Shown here: one piece after another, positions 18,077-26,110 of the stretch | Numbering within the stretch: position 1 is the stretch's first letter | How the letters are laid out: each line of letters starts with the position of its first letter | IMG/VR virus record: IMGVR_UViG_3300012231_000043 | Coordinates: 1-26,110 of that record | Origin: a virus | Lineage: Duplodnaviria > Caudoviricetes | Direction: 5' to 3' (one strand) | Length of the DNA: 26,110 nt | Notes under the pieces: model-generated | What the model was told of the DNA's origin: nothing | Database searches by the model: none | What the model saw: the letters and a program-made list of their open reading frames with translations, nothing else | Position numbers and translations under genes: made by a program

Positions 18077-18700
18077 ATGGCTGACAATACCACCCTGCCG
18101 GGTACCGGCGACGTAATCGGAACCGACGATGTTGGCGGCGTCAAATACCAACAGATCAAACTGGTAACATCGGAACTGAATTCCGCCGAGAACATTGGCG
18201 ACCTGGACCATGGATCGGTTCGGTCACTATACGTTCACAACCGGCCAGATACGGTAATCCCAGCTACACCGGTCAACTCGTCAGGTCTGACAACGGCCAC
18301 CACGACATACAGCATCGGTGATGTGCTCGGGGCAGGTTGGACAATCCCGAATGCCGCCAAGGCAGCAGCCGGTACGGGTCGGGTATTGGGTGCAGACTTC
18401 CGGGACTACTCGGATATCGTAGCAAGTGTCACGCTGTTCTTCTTCCAAGGAACAGTGACGTTCGGGACCGACAATACCGCCCCCAGCATTTCAGATGCTG
18501 ACTCCCTCAAGTTCATAGCGGCACGAACCATCACCCTCACAGACCTGGGTGGAGTCCGAGTAGGCGGTCTGGACTCAATCTCCATACCATACGTCCTGGA
18601 TGGAACCGACCTGATTGTCCATGCAATCACCAACGTAGCTCACACCTTCTTTGGAGCGGCCACCGATCTGCGGCTTCGTGTTCCCCTAATGAGGGACTAA
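18077..18700 (+). CDS. Putative virion structural protein, 207 aa
   Basis: RBS GGAG. The N-terminal MADNTTLPGTGDVIGTDDVGGVKYQQIKL resembles a recurrent leader of phage fibre-like proteins; beta-sandwich-like C-terminus. Confidence 0.55.
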   Translation: MADNTTLPGTGDVIGTDDVGGVKYQQIKLVTSELNSAENIGDLDHGSVRSLYVHNRPDTVIPATPVNSSGLTTATTTYSIGDVLGAGWTIPNAAKAAAGTGRVLGADFRDYSDIVASVTLFFFQGTVTFGTDNTAPSISDADSLKFIAARTITLTDLGGVRVGGLDSISIPYVLDGTDLIVHAITNVAHTFFGAATDLRLRVPLMRD

Positions 18701-19488
18701 TGCCTTACGTAGATTTCTCCATGGAGGGATACGATACCGACGTGGGTAATCCCCTCGGATACTCGGCCCTCCAATGGTTCGTGGACGCGGACCAGGTAGA
18801 CACCATCACGGATGCTGGCAGTGGTGCTGTGTCCGAATGGAAAGACCTGTCTCCAAACGCCAATCATCTCACACAGGCCACTGGAGCTAGTCGCCCCATA
18901 ACAGGAGCCAACCCTCTCAACGGACTGAACACCATAGACTTTGATGGTACCGATGACTGGATGGATGCCAACGATTACAGTGTAAACGTATCCAGCAGGG
19001 GAGTGACCTGGTTCGCCGTGTTCAAATGGGATGCAACCGGAACCGGCAAGAACGCCTGCTACGCCGACCGATCAGGACAGGCAGTTGCTCTCAACGCCCA
19101 CATGGTTGAAAACAACTCGGGAACATACCGAGTGACATACGGTACTGGCGCATCGCCATTTGCGGCAGGGAACTACAGGGAGGTTTCTTTCCCTGATCCG
19201 GGAACCACCCTTTACAAGCGATACGTGGGGACAGTCGATACGGTAAATGGCCCTCGCCTTTGGATAGGAGGCGTTCCACAGACAATGACACCACTGGCTG
19301 GCGGCACAGCCAACCCACCAAACTTCCTGTCATCCGATTCAACACCTTGGAAACCACATCTTGGTCGGCGTCCAGACCCGTTCTATTTCGACGGCAAAAT
19401 AGCCACATGGGGATTCCTGTCAACCCCACTACCAATTGTTGAAGTAGGACGCCTAGACTCATGGCTATACAGACGGTGGGGGGTGTAA
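18700..19488 (+). CDS. LamG/concanavalin A-like domain protein, 262 aa
   Basis: W..DA..ITD.GSGAVSEWKDLS.NANHLTQATG..RP..LNGL.TIDFDGTDD and FDGKIA..WLYRRWGV. TAATG-coupled to the previous gene. Confidence 0.7.
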   Translation: MPYVDFSMEGYDTDVGNPLGYSALQWFVDADQVDTITDAGSGAVSEWKDLSPNANHLTQATGASRPITGANPLNGLNTIDFDGTDDWMDANDYSVNVSSRGVTWFAVFKWDATGTGKNACYADRSGQAVALNAHMVENNSGTYRVTYGTGASPFAAGNYREVSFPDPGTTLYKRYVGTVDTVNGPRLWIGGVPQTMTPLAGGTANPPNFLSSDSTPWKPHLGRRPDPFYFDGKIATWGFLSTPLPIVEVGRLDSWLYRRWGV

Positions 19489-19490
19489 CC

Positions 19491-19970
19491 ATGTCATTAG
19501 TCCTACTATTCAATGCGGGAAGTGGACCGGACGAGATCACCCCCGATGAGGCCGTACATGGCCACACAGCCGATGCAGCCACAGTCACGACCACCACTGA
19601 AATCACACCTTCCGATTCCCTGCATGGACACACCGTTGATGCGCCGATAGTCGTTACGGTATTCATTGTCCCAGATGAAACACTGCATGGACACACAGCA
19701 GATGCCGCAACAATCATCCAGGTTATCTCACCGGCTGATAGCACGCATGCTCAACTGGCCGACGCAACCACAGTATCCAGTCCGACAGTAATCACGCCTG
19801 CCGATACTCTGCATGGACACACGGCAGATCAAGCAGCCATACTAGGAAATGCCATCCCCGGAGCTATCGAGGTCGAACTAATCTCGCCCACAATGTATAC
19901 CGAGATGATTCTACACGACACGACCAATGAACTGGTTTACGCTACTACCACAACGGAGGTATTCGACTAA
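19491..19970 (+). CDS. His-Gly-His repeat protein, putative fibre shaft, 159 aa
   Basis: ATG 2 nt after the previous stop; five ~20-22 aa repeats of consensus ITP.D.LHGHTAD. Confidence 0.65.
   Translation: MSLVLLFNAGSGPDEITPDEAVHGHTADAATVTTTTEITPSDSLHGHTVDAPIVVTVFIVPDETLHGHTADAATIIQVISPADSTHAQLADATTVSSPTVITPADTLHGHTADQAAILGNAIPGAIEVELISPTMYTEMILHDTTNELVYATTTTEVFD
19533..19845 (+). repeat. Five degenerate coding repeats of ~60-66 bp
   Basis: ITPDEAVHGHTADA / ITPSDSLHGHTVDA / IVPDETLHGHTADA / ISPADSTHAQLADA / ITPADTLHGHTADQ; CTGCATGGACACAC occurs three times. Confidence 0.85.
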
Positions 19971-20308
19971 TGGACCTCGGCAACATCGAAACGGGCAATG
20001 CCTACGCCATTCGAGCAACCTTCATCGCCATGGAGACCGCACCAACCGCCGAAAGCACGGACGTAGAATTCACCATCATCGACCCGGCAGGTGCCAGTGT
20101 GACGGTAGGGGCACCTGACGCCACCATCACCGGACCGACAAACACGGTCCTGGCTGACGGTCGGCATCAGTCGGTATGGGTCTACACCCATGCGGCCCCG
20201 ACCCTGCCTGGCCGCTACACCGTGCGCTCACGCAGCACAGCGGGCATCGTCGGCTCCCGAACCGACCACTTCGACGTACCCGCCTATGTCCCCTTAGCAT
20301 CGGCCTAA
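19970..20308 (+). CDS. Small Ig-like beta-sandwich protein, putative fibre anchor/adaptor, 112 aa
   Basis: VEFTIIDPAG..VWVYTH..PGRYTVRSRST pattern; TAATG-coupled to the repeat gene. Confidence 0.5.
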   Translation: MDLGNIETGNAYAIRATFIAMETAPTAESTDVEFTIIDPAGASVTVGAPDATITGPTNTVLADGRHQSVWVYTHAAPTLPGRYTVRSRSTAGIVGSRTDHFDVPAYVPLASA

Positions 20309-20322
20309 GCCGGTAGCCAGAA

Positions 20323-20517
20323 TCAGGGAGCAGCAACCGTTACGTCCCCACCGCCACCGCTCTGGTGATGACCCTGGTACTTCGCATACGGAGCCTCGAT
20401 CGGGGAACCGTCCAGGGTGATTTCACCACCCCAAGCTGTCCCGTTGACACAACCCTCAGGAGAAGTCTGGAACCCACCCCGTGGGTCTTCCGGTCGGTCA
20501 GTATCGAATGGGTCCAT
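20323..20517 (-). CDS. Small hypothetical protein, 64 aa
   Basis: RBS AAAGGA before ATG 20517 (alternative start 20532); directly after the portal gene. Confidence 0.6.
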   Translation of the reverse strand: MDPFDTDRPEDPRGGFQTSPEGCVNGTAWGGEITLDGSPIEAPYAKYQGHHQSGGGGDVTVAAP

Positions 20518-20528
20518 GACCATTCCTT

Positions 20529-22439
20529 TCATTGTGTCCGGCCAGAAGCCGCACGTCTTGAGGGGGGCATTCCCAGGGTACCATTCTGGGCCTTCACGTC
20601 CATAACCCGACCGGCAACCTCACCGGCATGCGGCCAGGCATGGGCTTGCAGGACTTCCAACTCGTCAATGGCCTGCATAGCAAACAACATGTCAGCCTCG
20701 GCAGCCCGTGCGCCACGGGAAGTCGGACGCTCCGACCCGGCGTCAGCCTTGATGAGGAATCGCATGGGAACCGGTCGGCCTTCCTTCCCTGGCTTGTAAT
20801 CCAGGTAGAACTCCATGGCCTTGATGCCCTTGGCGGTTGTCTTGTTCTCATCACCCGTGACAAGTACAATGCGAGCCTCGGTATAGAACTCGGCATTGGT
20901 AGCAGCCATCTTCTCGGACACTGAACGGAGCAGGCGTTCCAGATTGCGGAGCGTGGCACGTACCCGGACAAAGGCGGCATCCTGAACGGTGTTGATGGTG
21001 TCCGTGGCATTCCGACCCTGGGGCATCGCACCACGCATGATAGCGTACAAACCGGCAATGGACTCCATCTTGGATTCCAGATACTCGATCAAACGGAAGG
21101 TATCCGGGTGCAACTGGGGCGGGTCAAGCCATCCGGTATCATTCGGCGTACCCTGCATCCGGGAACCAGGACGGTTGGTCATCGTCGTCTGACGAACCCC
21201 AGCACGGGCAGCCTGCAACAGGATCGGGTTACCAATCAGCATGATGTTGTGCTGGACTTGCTGCAACAGAGAGTTGATGGTTTCCTGCGGGGAAGTCAGG
21301 AACTCGACCAGGCTGGGTCCATACCACTCACCCGTGTCAAACAGGTTCATCTTGTCGTATGGGTGACGATTGTGTCCGAACAGTTCATCGGCAAACTTCT
21401 CCATCAGACAAACGTTGCCACATGTCACGTAAAGCTTCCAACGATCGGTGACACGGGCTGTTCCGTCTTCCATCCCCTCAGTGTCAACCGTGTGAGTCCG
21501 AATCCAGGTTTTCAGGACCATGACAACCGGGTCTTCGGTGGTAAGCGCCTCGGTATCCCGACCAGACTTAACGAACGTGGACGATCCGAAGGCAGACCCG
21601 TAAGTAGGGTCCCCGGCCAGCGGAGCAAGCCTGGTACGAGGCGTCTTGGGATCAGCAATGTCCGATGTCTTTGTGGGCGAATGATCCACGTCTTCGTAAT
21701 ACTGATTCTTGACGAGCTTCCCTGCTCCCGGCCATGCCCGATCCACGTCATCGAGTGTCATGAGGCACGCTTCGGTAATGTAGTTCAGTTGCTCCATGTT
21801 ACGGGCATAGGGGTCGGGATAGATGGTGAACGGGTCCACCCGACGAAATGCCGAGTCACCTAGTCCGTCCGCCAGCCACGGTTCCCAGTTGGTCGTGGTG
21901 TATCCGATGCCGTAGGTGCCTACGTCCCAAAGCAGGCGTTCGACTTCGGCGTCTTCGTTGTTGACAGTGTATGACGATGCGAGTACGGCGTTCATGGACT
22001 CGGCCATCTTGTCGGCCTCTTGCCACATAGACGAGAACGGAACGAGTGCCGGGGTGGTCTCGATGGAAGGTCGCTGATCGGTCATCCAGGCGACCATGCT
22101 GGCAAGTAGGGGCCAAATGTTACTGACCTCGGGTGTCGGCATCCATGCCTCAGACTTGACCGTCCACGTCTTATTGTTCAACACCCGGTAGTTCTTGCGC
22201 CACTGAGTGACGATATTCCTACGGGCATCCCTTGCCCGGTAAAACAACTGGCGAGCAGTCTGAATCTTACGGGAATGCTCCAACGTGAACTTGTCGTACT
22301 CCGACTCTGCCATCAAAGCCCCACGCACCTGCTCAGATGTGAGGGTCTTGCCACCTGTCTGCAACATTCCCGTCTGAAACATGCCGGGTGCATTCCCAGG
22401 AGACATGCCAGGCTTCGGCGGCAGATCGAGCATCGTCAT
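20529..22439 (-). CDS. Portal protein (P22-like), 636 aa
   Basis: Size and position after the terminase; motifs WRKNYRVL, NIWPLLASM..DQRP, GIGYT and RRVDPFTIYPDP. Start moved to ATG 22439. Confidence 0.85.
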   Translation of the reverse strand: MTMLDLPPKPGMSPGNAPGMFQTGMLQTGGKTLTSEQVRGALMAESEYDKFTLEHSRKIQTARQLFYRARDARRNIVTQWRKNYRVLNNKTWTVKSEAWMPTPEVSNIWPLLASMVAWMTDQRPSIETTPALVPFSSMWQEADKMAESMNAVLASSYTVNNEDAEVERLLWDVGTYGIGYTTTNWEPWLADGLGDSAFRRVDPFTIYPDPYARNMEQLNYITEACLMTLDDVDRAWPGAGKLVKNQYYEDVDHSPTKTSDIADPKTPRTRLAPLAGDPTYGSAFGSSTFVKSGRDTEALTTEDPVVMVLKTWIRTHTVDTEGMEDGTARVTDRWKLYVTCGNVCLMEKFADELFGHNRHPYDKMNLFDTGEWYGPSLVEFLTSPQETINSLLQQVQHNIMLIGNPILLQAARAGVRQTTMTNRPGSRMQGTPNDTGWLDPPQLHPDTFRLIEYLESKMESIAGLYAIMRGAMPQGRNATDTINTVQDAAFVRVRATLRNLERLLRSVSEKMAATNAEFYTEARIVLVTGDENKTTAKGIKAMEFYLDYKPGKEGRPVPMRFLIKADAGSERPTSRGARAAEADMLFAMQAIDELEVLQAHAWPHAGEVAGRVMDVKAQNGTLGMPPSRRAASGRTQ

Positions 22440-22472
22440 GGCGACACCATAGCAGCAGGGGCCTGCGGCCCC
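22440..22472 (-). promoter_or_regulatory. Candidate leaderless promoter of the portal gene
   Basis: TGC-TATGGT (22454-22446), 6 nt, then ATG, with no SD. Inverted repeat GGGGCC-TGC-GGCCCC at 22458-22472. Confidence 0.55.
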
Positions 22473-22506
22473 CGGCACCCCTCGCTTGCCGCCGAGACCA
22501 GAAGCG

Positions 22507-22543
22507 GAGCGACCCACCCCTGCTCGGAAGGGGTGGGTCGCTC
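22507..22543 (-). terminator. Strong hairpin, probable terminator of the terminase operon
   Basis: Perfect 15-bp inverted repeat GAGCGACCCACCCCT/AGGGGTGGGTCGCTC with a 7-nt loop; weak U tract. Confidence 0.75.
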
Positions 22544-22595
22544 AACACCGGCAGGTGCTCGGGACAGTGGGGATCAGTCCATGGGTAAGACTACC

Positions 22596-22970
22596 TCATG
22601 TCTTGAAGGTTGGCAACCCCTGTTCCCTGCGGATCCGATTGGAGGCATCAATACCCTCATCCGTGACCCCAAGGGCTGCCTTATTGGATGGGTCCACACG
22701 TTCGTACTGGACGTCCATGCCCAGCCTGGCGGACTGTATGTCGGTCTGGCGCTTCATTTCCTCATCAAACTGTCTGCTCGACGAGATGACCGATGCCGTT
22801 GTGGAATTGAAATGTTCTTGCATTGCCGGTTCGACGGTCACTTGAAACAGGCGGGTCAATTCGCCGGAACAGGCGATCGGATAGTCACGGGTGCATGGGC
22901 CAATCGTGTCAGCCCGCACAGAGCTGTCCACCTGCAAACCGCACCGACGACACTTATAGGCATAAATCAT
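22596..22970 (-). CDS. FmdB-like zinc-ribbon protein, 124 aa
   Basis: MIYAYKCRRCG...C.......CSGELTRLF; ATGA overlap with the terminase stop. Confidence 0.7.
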   Translation of the reverse strand: MIYAYKCRRCGLQVDSSVRADTIGPCTRDYPIACSGELTRLFQVTVEPAMQEHFNSTTASVISSSRQFDEEMKRQTDIQSARLGMDVQYERVDPSNKAALGVTDEGIDASNRIRREQGLPTFKT

Positions 22971-24829
22971 TGATCTTCCTCCATTTCTAGCATCCACGCT
23001 GGGACGCCCTCAGGTTCTGGCGGTTGTTCATCCATGACGATCCCCCGACCCTCGACCAGAATATCATCCGGCAGGGAAAAGCGGTCGGCAAGCTGTTCGA
23101 CAATCGTCGGCTCATCCTCACGGGTATATGGCGGCAACGGAGGCTCGATGAAATGTACCGCACAGGCGATGCCGAGAGCCATCACACAGTCATCAAACAG
23201 GGACCCATCCCCGTTCATGAACCCACCATGGTCATCCGTGACATAATTCTTCATCTCCATGAACGTGTCAAGATCATGGATTAGGAGACCGTACACCTGA
23301 TTGCCCATCCTTACCAATGGCTGGCTGATGAGATTGACTAGACGACCGATGGCGGCATGCTTGGTGGTCGAGTTGGTCCGCCAACCAAACACGTCCATGT
23401 TGACCTTGCCTGGCGTCTTATCCAGCTTCTGGGACTCCCACACAAACGGGTAGTTCCGGCCCAATAGGTGGCCTACCGTGGCATACCCCGGACCCTCAGC
23501 CTCGGGTGCAATCAGGGCAAAATGGTACCATTCGCCCAGTAGGTAAATCTGTTCAGCAAACTCGATGGGGTCCATATGGGCGTTCAGTACCGCCGCCTGT
23601 TCCAGAGTACGTCGGTTGATGACCTGGGCGCAAGCCTCGTCCCCGACTGTCGTATGGGTCGGATCAGCACCCGTCAGATAGATACCCCACGACTTGTCCT
23701 TGGCAGGCTTCCGATACACCTTGAGGGGTCCCTTGGGGTCTTCCATGAAGGTGACATTCCGTCCGATCCGCTTGAGCCTCCCGACAAACGGCTTCATTGG
23801 CTGATAATGGGCCAGGAGGTCATTGAGGGGGAACACGTTGCGGCCAGACGACAAGAAAGCTTCCTCAGGTGTTGACGGATATTCCTGCTTGAACTTGTCC
23901 ACGTCATTCTGGCAGAGGTTCACGATGGCCCACCGGCGCCACAGCAGCTTGGCGTCCGTCACGCCCATCGACTTAAGCTTGCGTTCCTCATCTGTCAGGT
24001 CTGTTAGTTGGGCAAATTGCCTCTGAGACTGGCGGGGAATGTTGCGGGCCGTATAGTTCGGGTCCCAGAACCATGGGAAGAACATCGGCGCAAATTCCGA
24101 ACGCTCCATGCGGGCGTTCTCCCACTCGGTATGAAAGAAATTCCCAATGCCCTTAGCAGTTGATTCGTAGAAGATGGCGGTGAGTCCGATGGAGGGGATT
24201 GCCTGACGCAAACCAGTGATAAGTTCCTCTGGGTTATCCCACATGGCGACTTCACTGGCATGGAGCGCATGGAGAGTCTTGGATCGGCCAGCACCCACGT
24301 TCTTAGCTGTCGCAACAACGATGTTGGAACCAAGATCGGACCATGCCAACTGCTTTCGGCCGTTATATTGCTCATTATGGTACCTCTGGAAGACATACGT
24401 AGTCCAATACCGTTTCGTGATGCCCAGAATGTGCTCGGCGGATTCGGCTTCATGGGACACAATGAGGGACTGGAAATCCTCGAACAGGACCGAGAGAACG
24501 AAGATGATGGCCTCAACCACCGTGGATTGCCCCATCTGGCGTGCCTTGAGGATGATGATGCGGATTTGGCCGTATTCGTATAGCTGACGTTCAGCCTCCC
24601 GGATCAATGCCTCCTGAGTTTGGTTGATTACGTCCCCGAATCTGACCGTGCCACGCTCTTTGGTCAGAATCTTGAGTTCAACGATGAGGGGACGTAGGCG
24701 TACCCGGTTGTACCGCTGAAACCCAATGGGGGGAACGTCCGCACCGTACTCCAGGACGGCATCACCGGCTAGATTATGCGGCACATCGTCTGTTACGATG
24801 GTGGCAGAGGCCCAGTCAATGTCACTCAT
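22967..24829 (-). CDS. terL: Terminase large subunit, 620 aa
   Basis: Walker A IIILKARQMGQST, Walker B LHASEVAMW, motif III ESTA, and nuclease motifs GADP and DDCVMALGIA. Confidence 0.93.
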   Translation of the reverse strand: MSDIDWASATIVTDDVPHNLAGDAVLEYGADVPPIGFQRYNRVRLRPLIVELKILTKERGTVRFGDVINQTQEALIREAERQLYEYGQIRIIILKARQMGQSTVVEAIIFVLSVLFEDFQSLIVSHEAESAEHILGITKRYWTTYVFQRYHNEQYNGRKQLAWSDLGSNIVVATAKNVGAGRSKTLHALHASEVAMWDNPEELITGLRQAIPSIGLTAIFYESTAKGIGNFFHTEWENARMERSEFAPMFFPWFWDPNYTARNIPRQSQRQFAQLTDLTDEERKLKSMGVTDAKLLWRRWAIVNLCQNDVDKFKQEYPSTPEEAFLSSGRNVFPLNDLLAHYQPMKPFVGRLKRIGRNVTFMEDPKGPLKVYRKPAKDKSWGIYLTGADPTHTTVGDEACAQVINRRTLEQAAVLNAHMDPIEFAEQIYLLGEWYHFALIAPEAEGPGYATVGHLLGRNYPFVWESQKLDKTPGKVNMDVFGWRTNSTTKHAAIGRLVNLISQPLVRMGNQVYGLLIHDLDTFMEMKNYVTDDHGGFMNGDGSLFDDCVMALGIACAVHFIEPPLPPYTREDEPTIVEQLADRFSLPDDILVEGRGIVMDEQPPEPEGVPAWMLEMEEDQ

Positions 24830-25143
24830 GCGGCGTGGATGCGGGATTCAGCTTGTTGGGGGGCTTCCCCTCTAAGCTCGGCTCTCATACGGTCATACGC
24901 CAGGCGTTCCTCGGCCTCCCGCTCGGTCTCGGCCACCGTATTCATGGCTGACAGCATCTGTGGCAGCACCGCCTTGACCAATGCCGTCTTATCTGCCGGA
25001 CTACCAACCCGCATAACCATGCGTTGGTGAGCGATGATTTCAAGAACCAGTTGGTTCATCTCGTTCTTGAGGTTGGTGTCGCTGTTGATCGCCTCGACGG
25101 CGGCAGCAGCCAGTATCTGATTACGCTGATTGCTGTTGGGCAT
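24826..25143 (-). CDS. Helical hypothetical protein, possible terminase small subunit, 105 aa
   Basis: ATGA-coupled directly upstream of terL; function inferred from position only. Confidence 0.5.
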   Translation of the reverse strand: MPNSNQRNQILAAAAVEAINSDTNLKNEMNQLVLEIIAHQRMVMRVGSPADKTALVKAVLPQMLSAMNTVAETEREAEERLAYDRMRAELRGEAPQQAESRIHAA

Positions 25144-25543
25144 CGTCGTCCGCCTTCTTGGGGAGGAATGCTTCCATAGGGGCGTAGTACACCCTCAGGA
25201 ATAACATGCCTTGCTGGGACTGTAGGTGGGCTTCCAGGACATCATGGGCGTATTCCAGGGGCACATTGAGGGATGATGTCTGCCAGCCAGACGATCCGAC
25301 CTGCGTATGGGACAACTTGCCCGAGATGTCACAGAGATGGACTAGCACGTCTTCAAGGCTCTCGAATGTCACCTTGGGTAGCTGTGCGACCGATAGGGCA
25401 ATGCCGGATGACCCGCTGTTGGTCAGTTTGGAGGTCCCGTTGCCCTTGTTGCGGGCACGTTGCCGCTTCTTGCCGTCTTTGCCGAGTCCCGAGTCCCGAG
25501 TCTGTCCGGTTTGGGAATTCGTTGGGCGTGGGGCGAGCGCCAT
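25121..25543 (-). CDS. Hypothetical protein with basic N-terminus, 140 aa
   Basis: Start moved to ATG 25543 (TGATG overlap); basic patch KDGKKRQRARNK. Confidence 0.65.
   Translation of the reverse strand: MALAPRPTNSQTGQTRDSGLGKDGKKRQRARNKGNGTSKLTNSGSSGIALSVAQLPKVTFESLEDVLVHLCDISGKLSHTQVGSSGWQTSSLNVPLEYAHDVLEAHLQSQQGMLFLRVYYAPMEAFLPKKADDDAQQQSA
25482..25502. repeat. Perfect tandem repeat (CCGAGTC)x3
   Basis: Read directly at 25482-25488, 25489-25495 and 25496-25502. Confidence 0.9.
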
Positions 25544-26049
25544 CACACGCCCACAGTCTGCGGGGAAGCCCATGGGGCACTGAGTCCGGGGATGCCGAAC
25601 GGGTTGTCTTCGTCAAACCCCGGCTCGGTCTCAAACGGGTATCCCATGTCGGCTTTGGGGCCGGTATCGGGGTTGGGGATGAACCGGTCAGTGTGATCCC
25701 ATGGCCGTTCCTGGTCTGGGGTGGGTTGAACCGGCATGGTTGGCATGGAATATGGGACCCCATTGCTGTCCACAACCTGCATCGGAGGGGGAGTCATGAC
25801 AGTCTTGACGGTGGACTCGATCGTGGCATGAATCTTGGCGGTCGAGTCAGCCAATGAATCCATCATGCGCTCAAGCTGGAACGGTTGCTGACGGGCCTGC
25901 TCCTGAGCCATCTTCATCATGTCGGCAGCCTGCTCCACAAGTCGCTGATTGGCGGCGTCGAGGCGCTTGAGCAGGGCAAATACGGCCACAACGGCACCGG
26001 CGAGCACTGCCACCAACACCATAACGAGGAACACAGCGAGGTACGTCAT
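25543..26049 (-). CDS. Membrane-anchored hypothetical protein, 168 aa
   Basis: N-terminal ~25-aa hydrophobic helix, coiled coil, then a Pro/Asp-rich tail. AT-rich TGCTATATATA just upstream. Confidence 0.75.
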   Translation of the reverse strand: MTYLAVFLVMVLVAVLAGAVVAVFALLKRLDAANQRLVEQAADMMKMAQEQARQQPFQLERMMDSLADSTAKIHATIESTVKTVMTPPPMQVVDSNGVPYSMPTMPVQPTPDQERPWDHTDRFIPNPDTGPKADMGYPFETEPGFDEDNPFGIPGLSAPWASPQTVGV

Positions 26050-26110
26050 GCCTCTATATATAGCACACAGAGTCTAGGGAAGGAACCATCACGACCGCTT
26101 AGTTGGAGAC

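Noticed and set aside
17600-20330. Plus-strand cassette as an invertase-controlled segment
   Set aside because: I found no convincing inverted repeats at the two junctions (only a shared CCGGT) and no recombinase in the window.
1-26110. tRNA, CRISPR array, integrase, intron or intein
   Set aside because: None recognised. Intergenic gaps are short, and terminase, portal and capsid have ordinary lengths.

Overview
This is a roughly 60% GC (by eye) tailed-phage morphogenesis and lysis region, almost all on the minus strand. In transcription order it reads: membrane protein, two small unknowns (one may be the terminase small subunit), terminase large subunit, CxxC zinc-ribbon protein, portal, small ORF, then a five-gene cassette on the opposite strand, two small ORFs, scaffold, major capsid, capsid cement/decoration, two unknowns, tail nozzle-like protein, FN3/LamG/Ig fibre, head-tail adaptor, two putative ejection proteins, zinc amidase, a 1376-aa putative ejection protein, a membrane protein and a holin. 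No tape measure, major tail or sheath gene is recognisable, so a short-tailed (podovirus-like) virion is inferred. The holin style, GC content and apparent leaderless promoters suggest an actinobacterial host (inference). The most unusual elements are: (1) a plus-strand cassette (17685-20308) between portal and scaffold, with a LamG-like protein, His-Gly-His repeats and an apparent divergent promoter pair; (2) an amidase translationally coupled between putative ejection genes; (3) recurring TAnnnT-N6/7-start leaderless promoters; (4) competing hairpins over the ribosome-binding site (RBS) of the lysis genes. All family calls come from motif recognition and gene order, not database searches.
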